Origin: Wolbachia endosymbiont of Onchocerca ochengi
GTDB taxonomy: Bacteria; Pseudomonadota; Alphaproteobacteria; Rickettsiales; Anaplasmataceae
Direction: 5' to 3'
Assembly (NCBI RefSeq): GCF_000306885.1
Contig: NC_018267.1
Coordinates: 540,001-572,000 of the forward strand
Length of the DNA stretch: 32,000 nt
The first letter of the stretch is position 1, and every line of letters starts with the position of its first letter. A model generated the notes under the pieces. The model was not told the origin of the DNA. It ran no database searches and saw only the letters and a program-made list of their open reading frames with translations. A program made the translations under genes and the position numbers. Below are positions 18,642 through 25,710 of this stretch, piece by piece.

Positions 18642-19961
18642 TTATTTACCAGCTGCAACTGCTTGCATAGATGTATGTAATTGAACGTCAGTTTTAACAG
18701 CCATATTTGTAGAAGGTTGTTGTTTTGCTAGTCTATCCAGATAGCTTGTTTTTTTAAGGTCAGCTTGTTTTTTTACCTTGCAATCTGATTCGGTAATCAC
18801 GATTGATTTTGAAGAAGAACCAAGTAGATTGATTCTTCTATCAGCAGAACTACTGCTTAAGCTACTAGATGAAGGGCATCTTTTAAGAAGATTAGAATTG
18901 ACTGTTACAAAGCTTTTAGAATCTAAACTAGAGCCAATAGTAGTACTGGCAGTTTTCATAGAACCAACATCTGATAAACTATTTTCTAATGAGCTGTCAA
19001 TAGATTGTATTGAACCTTTTCTACTTCTATGCTTTTTTGCCGTTCCATTAAGCTTTTCCATAACATTAGAAAGTTTGTGTTCTATTTTGCATCCTTTAAC
19101 GACTCTCTTAATCTCATCATGATGTTCAGAGAAAATTTCATAAAGATTGTTGTCATCTTGAGCTAACAAATTTTGTAATTTCTTAGCGTTTAACCCACTA
19201 ACAAAATCTGCTTGCTGTCCTAATTGATTAATTAACTGATCCTTTTTGAAACCTTGCTGACCATCAACAGAATAAGCTTTTTCTAATATTTTTCCCTTCA
19301 GCTCGGAGAATATCTTTTTGGTTAAAACAGAGTTGCCTACAGCTTTATCCTCAAAAACCTCCTTAATGAACATTTCCTTTATACTGTTGAAATTTTTCGT
19401 TTTTTCTTCTGTTTTTAAAACAACAGTTTGACATTGGTGATCTACTGAATATGAAATTTCATCTAGATTAGATATATTTTTACCAAAATTATTCATCTTA
19501 TTCCCTATTATTTTCAGTGCAGAACTAGTTTCCTCTCTTGCTGCTTGCCCTATATAACTTACAGCTTCTTTTACTGAGTCCTTAGCGCACACAGCACCAT
19601 CTTTAGTTTTGTCTGCAGCATATTTGAAGCTATTTTTTATTTTTACCCTGTGTTTATGTACAGCTGTACCAAGTATCACAAATGCTACAGTTGCAAATAT
19701 CCCACTTACTATACTACTGGCAATTACTGGAGCAGCTGCGATAGCAAAACTAGCACCCACCGTTATAGCCGTACCTATTAGCAAACCAAGTATCACTTTG
19801 TTTGTTACTTCTAATGACTTTACTCTCTTCTCTAAGAATTGCATCTGTTGCAATAGGTCACTTGAAGAAGGTGTAGAGCTGCTGTATTGTTGATTTTGCT
19901 GAAGTTGTGCGTTAATAATACCTGGATTTGTTCTGCTGTGATTTAACATTTTAAACCTCAT
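18642..19961 (-). CDS. Orphan membrane protein with an alpha-synuclein-like KTK(D/E)G-V motif; possible WalE1 (WD0830/Wbm0076)-like secreted effector
   Basis: 439 aa. Gln/Ser-rich N-terminus, a hydrophobic hairpin at aa 56-100 (VILGLLIGTAITVGASFAIAAAPVIASSIVSGIFATVAFVILGTAV), then 'AADKTKDGAVCAKDSVKEAVSYIGQ', which resembles synuclein '[25 protein letters not shown]'. Ser-rich C-terminal half. Followed by a strong terminator. The ORF itself is well supported; the WalE1 assignment comes from memory of the literature and the position next to hflK, and was not tested. Alternative start at M5 (19949), preceded by GAGG. Confidence 0.6.
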   Translation of the reverse strand: MRFKMLNHSRTNPGIINAQLQQNQQYSSSTPSSSDLLQQMQFLEKRVKSLEVTNKVILGLLIGTAITVGASFAIAAAPVIASSIVSGIFATVAFVILGTAVHKHRVKIKNSFKYAADKTKDGAVCAKDSVKEAVSYIGQAAREETSSALKIIGNKMNNFGKNISNLDEISYSVDHQCQTVVLKTEEKTKNFNSIKEMFIKEVFEDKAVGNSVLTKKIFSELKGKILEKAYSVDGQQGFKKDQLINQLGQQADFVSGLNAKKLQNLLAQDDNNLYEIFSEHHDEIKRVVKGCKIEHKLSNVMEKLNGTAKKHRSRKGSIQSIDSSLENSLSDVGSMKTASTTIGSSLDSKSFVTVNSNLLKRCPSSSSLSSSSADRRINLLGSSSKSIVITESDCKVKKQADLKKTSYLDRLAKQQPSTNMAVKTDVQLHTSMQAVAAGK

Positions 19962-20104
19962 TATTAATGAAATATGTTTATATTGTACACTTCAATTCTT
20001 AAGTTAGTGTTAACTTACCTATAAATAGCTCTACTTAAAGTGTTTTCTGGAAGCATAAAAAAATGAAACTGAAAGCTTTTTGAGTTAAAGCGCTTATTAG
20101 GTAA

Positions 20105-20305
20105 CAAAAAGGAATATTTATACTTTTAGGTATCACAGTTGTAATAGCAATGATTTTATCATTTTGTTACTATACTGATCTTTACGGAAACATAGTGCAT
20201 CTCAAAAACGACAACAAGGAATTTAAAATAAAGCCAGAAAATTTTATAGAGTCAACCATATCACATAGAGAAAAGTATACAATCAGTTTCTATTCCGGTG
20301 ATTAA
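20105..20305 (+). pseudogene. Short relic resembling the N-terminus (TM helix plus 'IKPEN' box) of an alphaproteobacterial SPOR-domain-type membrane protein
   Basis: The open frame after the stop at 20102-04 reads QKGIFILLGITVVIAMILSFCYYTDLYGNIVHLKNDNKEFKIKPENFIESTISHREKYTISFYSGD*. The only ATG (20150) lies inside the TM helix. 'KIKPEN....I.H..K..(I)..Y' recalls the 'IKVKPENPGGM.IP.QDK.IY' box, recalled from memory. The frame ends after 66 codons with no SPOR domain, which suggests truncation. Confidence 0.3.
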
Positions 20306-20379
20306 CCCGTGAATAAAATAGATTTGCAATTTCCTATTAAAGGGGTAATATTAGTGTATTAATTATAGAGTTAGTTATT

Positions 20380-21414
20380 GTGTTTGATGAGAACAATCCT
20401 TGGAATTTAGGGAAGAAACCGATAAGGAGTAAAATCTCTAATAATGAAGATGCTTTCAGTAAGGCTGTGTCTGAGGTAAGGTATTTTTTTCTTAGTTTAA
20501 CAAGAAATGGCAGCAGAAAACCTTATTTAATTATTTTTGTTATTTTATTTTTCTACGCTTGTACTGGTTTCTATATTGTTCACCCAAGTGAAGAAGGTAT
20601 AGAACTTATTTTTGGTAAATATTCTAATACAGAAACACCTGGTTTGCGTTATCACTTTCCTTACCCCATTGGTAAGGTTTTTAAAGTAAATGTTAAAGAA
20701 GTAAATCGTGAAGAAATTGGGGTAAGTAGTTCCTATGGGAGAGATGCAGATCGTGGTGAAGGTGTGATGCTTACTGGGGATGAAAACATAGTTAACGTTA
20801 ATTTTGAGGTTCAATGGCGCGTTAAAGATGCTAAGGATTATTTGTTCAAAGTGCGGGACTATAAACCTGGTTTTAGTGTTAAAAATGCTGCTGAAAGTGC
20901 TATGAGAGAAATAATAGGTAAAAACACAATCTCTTTTGCACTTGGTCAAGGTAGACAAGAAATTCCTATAGATACTAAAACTTTACTGCAACAGATTCTT
21001 GATGGGTACCAAATGGGTATAGAGATTTTATCTATTCAAATGAAAAAAATTGATCCACCAGAAAAAGTAATTAGTTCGTTCAGAGATGTACAAAGTGCTC
21101 GTGCAGATAAAGAGCGTATTATAAATGAAGCATATGCTTATGGTAATGATATTATACCTCGAGCAAAAGGTGAAGCAATAAAGATAAAGCTAGATGCGGA
21201 AGCATATGAGAATGAGATAATAAGCGAAGCAAAAGGTAATGCAAATCGTTTTTTTTCTCTTTATAAAGAATATAAGCATAATCCTTCTCTTGTTAAGAGC
21301 CGTATTTATCTCGAAACTATGGAAAATATTTTTAATCAAGTAGATAAAATTGTTATCACTGATGATTTGAAGGGTGTGTTTTCTTATCTACCTCTTACAA
21401 GCTTAGGGAAATAG
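20380..21414 (+). CDS. hflK: FtsH protease modulator HflK (SPFH/band-7 family)
   Basis: 344 aa with a GTG start. N-terminal TM, SPFH domain ('V.P.E.G....FGKY......PGL.....P', 'MLT.DENIV.V.F.VQWR') and a C-terminal coiled coil. Directly upstream of hflC. Confidence 0.92.
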   Translation: MFDENNPWNLGKKPIRSKISNNEDAFSKAVSEVRYFFLSLTRNGSRKPYLIIFVILFFYACTGFYIVHPSEEGIELIFGKYSNTETPGLRYHFPYPIGKVFKVNVKEVNREEIGVSSSYGRDADRGEGVMLTGDENIVNVNFEVQWRVKDAKDYLFKVRDYKPGFSVKNAAESAMREIIGKNTISFALGQGRQEIPIDTKTLLQQILDGYQMGIEILSIQMKKIDPPEKVISSFRDVQSARADKERIINEAYAYGNDIIPRAKGEAIKIKLDAEAYENEIISEAKGNANRFFSLYKEYKHNPSLVKSRIYLETMENIFNQVDKIVITDDLKGVFSYLPLTSLGK

Positions 21415-21416
21415 TT

Positions 21417-22289
21417 ATGCTTAGTAACGTTAAAATTGCTTTTGTTTTTATATTTGCTGTTTTGCTAGTTTTCTTATTTAATTCGATATTTGTAGTACAG
21501 GAAGCAGAGCAAGCAATAGTTATGCAATTGGGTAGAGTTGTAAGGGATATTAAAAAAAGTGGTTTGTATTTTAAGTTGCCATTTATAAATAATGTAGAAT
21601 TTTTTGATAAGAGAGTTTTAGATTTAAGCCCAGATACAACTGCAAGAGAAGTCATAACTGCAGATCAGAAGCGCATCATAGTAGATGCTTATGCAAAATA
21701 TAAAATAGTTGATCCTGTTACTTTTTACCAAACTGTGAAAAATGAGTTAGGATTGATTAGAAGATTGTATCCAATCATAGAAGCTCACTTAAGAGAAAAT
21801 ATAGTCAGATTTTCACTGATTAGTTTATTGAATGAAAAGAGGTCGGAAGTTATGCAATTAATCCAGCGTGGAGTTTACTCTGAAGCTGGAAAGTTTGGTA
21901 TAGAAATAATAGACGTGAGAATTAAAAGAGCAGATTTACCAGAAGAGAATAGTTCTGCAATATTCCGCCGTATGCAAACTGAGAGAGAAAAAGAAGCAAA
22001 AGAAATAAGAGCAAAAGGAGAACAAATAGGGCAAGAAATTAGGTCAAAAGCTGATAAACAAAAAAGGGAAATTATTGCTAGTGCAGTAAAAGAAGCCTAT
22101 GAAATAAGGGGGCGTGGCTATGCTGAAGCAACCAGGATTTATAATGAGGTGTTTAAGGCCGATGAAGAGTTTTTTAATTTTTACCGTTCTATGAATGCTT
22201 ATAGTAAATCGTTTACTGGAAATAACACTAAATTCGTACTTTCACCAAATAATAGTTTCTTAGATATTTTAAATAAGGGATGGAAATAG
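21417..22289 (+). CDS. hflC: FtsH protease modulator HflC (SPFH/band-7 family)
   Basis: 290 aa. The ATG lies 2 nt after the hflK stop. N-terminal TM, SPFH motifs ('FVV.E.EQAIV.QLG', 'GL.FK.PFI..V..FD.R', 'GIEIIDVRIKR.DLP') and 'R.M..ERE+EA...RA.G'. Confidence 0.92.
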   Translation: MLSNVKIAFVFIFAVLLVFLFNSIFVVQEAEQAIVMQLGRVVRDIKKSGLYFKLPFINNVEFFDKRVLDLSPDTTAREVITADQKRIIVDAYAKYKIVDPVTFYQTVKNELGLIRRLYPIIEAHLRENIVRFSLISLLNEKRSEVMQLIQRGVYSEAGKFGIEIIDVRIKRADLPEENSSAIFRRMQTEREKEAKEIRAKGEQIGQEIRSKADKQKREIIASAVKEAYEIRGRGYAEATRIYNEVFKADEEFFNFYRSMNAYSKSFTGNNTKFVLSPNNSFLDILNKGWK

Positions 22290-22292
22290 TTT

Positions 22293-23771
22293 ATGAGAAG
22301 TAAGGTTTTATCTATATTTTTATGTTTTTTAATTTCATTCTCTTTATATGCTAGGGTATTTAACTGGAGCACAGAAAAAGCTGCAGATATCAATACTTCT
22401 ATATATAATTGTAATCAAGGGCTTGCTGATCTGGTAGAAGAACTTCTCCCTGCATTCGTAAGTATTTCGAGCGAGCAGGTTATCAAGCAAGGAAATAGCA
22501 ACAGAACTAGAGTTCCCTTGCCAAGAAATGATTTTTTTGACGGTTTTAGAGAATTCTTTGAGTACTTTGATCAGTTTTTTATGGACAAAAGTCCTAGCAT
22601 TAACAGAGAGGCAGTGCTACTTGGGTCTGGGTTTATTATAGATAAAAGTGGAATTATAGTAACTAATTACCATGTTATTAAAGATGCCCAACATATCACG
22701 GTCACTATGAACGATGATACTTATTTTAAAGCAGAGGTTTTAGGCTATGATGCAAAAACTGATCTTGCTGTACTTAAGATTAAGGCTGATAAGGACTTCT
22801 CTTTTGTAACACTCGGTAATTCTGATGAAGCAAGAGTTGGTGATATGGTTATGGCAATAGGTAACCCATTTGGCTTAGGTGGTTCTGTAAGTACAGGAAT
22901 TATATCTGCAAGGTCTAGGGACATTAGCATTGGTACCATGAATGAATTTATTCAAACTGATGCTGCAATCAATAGGGGAAACTCCGGAGGACCGTTATTT
23001 GATTTAAATGGAAAGGTTATAGGTATTAATACTGCTATTTATTCTCCGTCTGAGTCTGGAGGCAATGTAGGTATAGGCTTTGCTATACCATCTAACTTAG
23101 CTATACCGGTAATTGATAAGTTAAAAAACGGTAAAAAGGTGAAACATGGTTGGCTAGGTGTACAAGTTCAGCGTATAACAGTAGAATTTGCAGAGTCCTT
23201 AGGTTTAAAAGATACAAAAGGCGCATTAGTTGCAAGTATAGTAAAAGATAGTCCTGCAGAAAAAGGTGGGATTAAAGTAGGTGATGTGTTATTAGAGTTT
23301 GATGGTAAAATAGTTGATAGAATGGCACAATTACCTCAAATAGTTTCAAGAACTGAACCTGGAAAGAAAGTACAAATTAAATTATTAAGAAAAGGTAAAG
23401 AAGTTAATATCAAGGTTATTGTTGGAGAATCTACGAATGATAACCAAGATATCAATCAAAAAGAAAATGCATCGACATCTGATTATATAACTGGCTTAAC
23501 TATTTCAAATTTATCAAGGGAATTAAAGGAAGGTAATGCATCTATAAAAGGTGTAGTAATTACTAGTGTGGATATTTATAAGAATCCTACATTACGTGAC
23601 CTTAAAAGAGGAGATATTATTACACAAATAAATGATGCTGATATAGAAAACGTTGAAAGTTTTCAAAATCAAGTAAATTTAGCAAAAAAACAAGATAGTA
23701 AAAAAGCAATAATGCTGCTTGTTTATCGTAATGGTAATCAATTTTTTACTTTAATAAAGTTAAAAAAGTAA
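22293..23771 (+). CDS. htrA: Periplasmic serine endoprotease HtrA/DegP (trypsin-like domain plus two PDZ domains)
   Basis: 492 aa. Signal peptide, catalytic triad context ('TNYHVI', 'DLAVLKI', 'GNSGGPLF'), followed by PDZ-like 'GWLGV.VQ' and 'GD.I...N' regions. The ATG lies 3 nt after the hflC stop (operon). Confidence 0.93.
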   Translation: MRSKVLSIFLCFLISFSLYARVFNWSTEKAADINTSIYNCNQGLADLVEELLPAFVSISSEQVIKQGNSNRTRVPLPRNDFFDGFREFFEYFDQFFMDKSPSINREAVLLGSGFIIDKSGIIVTNYHVIKDAQHITVTMNDDTYFKAEVLGYDAKTDLAVLKIKADKDFSFVTLGNSDEARVGDMVMAIGNPFGLGGSVSTGIISARSRDISIGTMNEFIQTDAAINRGNSGGPLFDLNGKVIGINTAIYSPSESGGNVGIGFAIPSNLAIPVIDKLKNGKKVKHGWLGVQVQRITVEFAESLGLKDTKGALVASIVKDSPAEKGGIKVGDVLLEFDGKIVDRMAQLPQIVSRTEPGKKVQIKLLRKGKEVNIKVIVGESTNDNQDINQKENASTSDYITGLTISNLSRELKEGNASIKGVVITSVDIYKNPTLRDLKRGDIITQINDADIENVESFQNQVNLAKKQDSKKAIMLLVYRNGNQFFTLIKLKK

Positions 23772-23852
23772 ATTTTTTACTAAGTTTACAAAACAGTGGT
23801 GTCATCATTTTGCCGCTATAACACTTTAGCTTTATAAGTAAGTTAAGGTCTA

Positions 23853-23874
23853 TATTATTTTGCTAAAATGTAAT
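23853..23874. repeat. Copy B of the short dispersed repeat 'TATTATTTTGCTAAAATGTAAT'
   Basis: 22 nt, matching 12314-12334 with one extra A. Lies about 80 nt downstream of the htrA stop, at the edge of the 1.9-kb gene-free stretch. Confidence 0.85.
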
Positions 23875-25175
23875 GAGTCATAAATAAATCAACTTCCTAA
23901 AATTTGTTGAGCTATACTTTTGAGACAAATAAGTGCCGGAATGTGAATATGATGATTATTAGTATATAAAAGTTGTAGCAGATATACTGAAACGGCAAGT
24001 GCCATGAAGTTAGGCAAGATATATTTAATGCTTATACGTTTAATAAATATGACCCACTAGCATAAATGGCTATTTTCTAGAGAGAATGCAAGGTTGCAAC
24101 ATAATTGAGGGAAATGTTGGCTAACGGGCAAAGAACAATGATTCCTCCGCTTAAGCTTTGAGTGAGATGTTTAGAAAATGTCCTATAAACTGGTTCGATC
24201 AAACGTTAGTAATTGAATTCAACAAGAAAAAAAGAGGTGATTGTTTTTACGATGCATAGTTTTCCTTTGGTAGGAAGCAGTTGCATAATAAAAATTGGAT
24301 TTTAGTATTGATCGCTGGAACGACATTATTTGCCTACTTGAAAAGGGATTAGTTGCTGTAGATGAAGGAAAAAGAAAAAGTTAAGATGGTAAATGCTAAA
24401 CTTGGAGGTACGCTTTTGTTAATTAATATTAACAAACCTTTTGTTGCTTTTGAGTGAGTATAATATTAAAAAGAGTGGCTGAGTCGTTATGAAAATTTTT
24501 CTAGTGATTTCTTACATGAACTCAAAGCTGGACATTATGGATTCAATAAAAGCTATGCTAGTTGCTTTAGCGTCTACTCTGCCTGGATAAAGCAAGTTGA
24601 CCGAGTTTTTATTTGCTCAATTGCATTTATGTGGATCTTGAAGAGTATCCAAGTTTATAAAGAGCAAGTTTTACTCTTGGTAGCAAGATGGACACAATAG
24701 CAATTTTAATTAGGGTAAAAACAAGTGGTTAACAATTAGCATAAGATCTAGCATAGTAAGCTGCTTAATTTTATTAAATTTTCTGCTTGTAAAGCATGGT
24801 TTTGCTATAGCAAGTAATGTTTACTGGATGACTTTTACATATAGCCAGTGCCTAAAGTTTTCAGCTCTGCTTCTGGTAGATAATAATAAGTTGGCTAAAC
24901 AAAAATGAACGGTATAACTTAACTAATATGTACGCGTGTTTTTAACCTTCGAGAAATCCAACTTTTCTAGGTAGGTTAAGGCTTTGATTTCAATGGCTAT
25001 GCAACTCTAGCATGTAGCGCACTAAATGTGGAGTAGATATAGAAAATTTTTGAGATTTAGATTCTTGGTTATATTTTCTGCATAACATCAATCCATATAC
25101 ATAGCACTAAAAAACAGGAATTATGACCGTGGCCTGCTTACTTTATATGAAAATTTCTGAGCATTGACTAAACTA

Positions 25176-25211
25176 TAGTAGTGAATCTCAATTACAGGAG
25201 ATTCACTACTA
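25176..25211. repeat. Perfect 14-bp inverted repeat (hairpin) with an 8-nt loop
   Basis: tagtagtgaatctc (25176-25189), aattacag, gagattcactacta (25198-25211). Exact reverse complements, verified base by base. No adjacent T-run on either strand. Confidence 0.9.
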
Positions 25212-25710
25212 AATTCTTGTATAATTTTTTGAATAAGTTGTAATGAATACTGTAATGCGTCAGGGATAACTATAAGAGTACCTATCAGAACGTTTTCAAT
25301 TCCAGTCTTCGGGATTATTTTTCTTAGATAGATATGATATCTTTGTTGTTGAAAAGAGAATCTGAAAAACAGCAATTAGCACCGAGGTAAGGATAAGTAG
25401 TGATAATATGTGCTTATACGCCTATTATAGTAGCGAGCTTACTCACTTTTTTTAAGTTGATTTAATATTATAAAGTCAGTAAAAAGAATTTTACTGTAGC
25501 GGGTGATAGCTGGATAATTTTCAGATATGAAATTTTGATGTTCTTGGAGACTTGCCGAACGATGATTCAGTCGATAGTATCGTTACACAATACTATACCT
25601 ATAGCGGATAAGCAAAGTTAGTAATACCCTCCAACGTCAAAGAATTTTGACCACGATTCTAGCTGGATGGAGTCAATTATAAATTAGCTAATCAAAAAAA
25701 GTAGTGCGGC

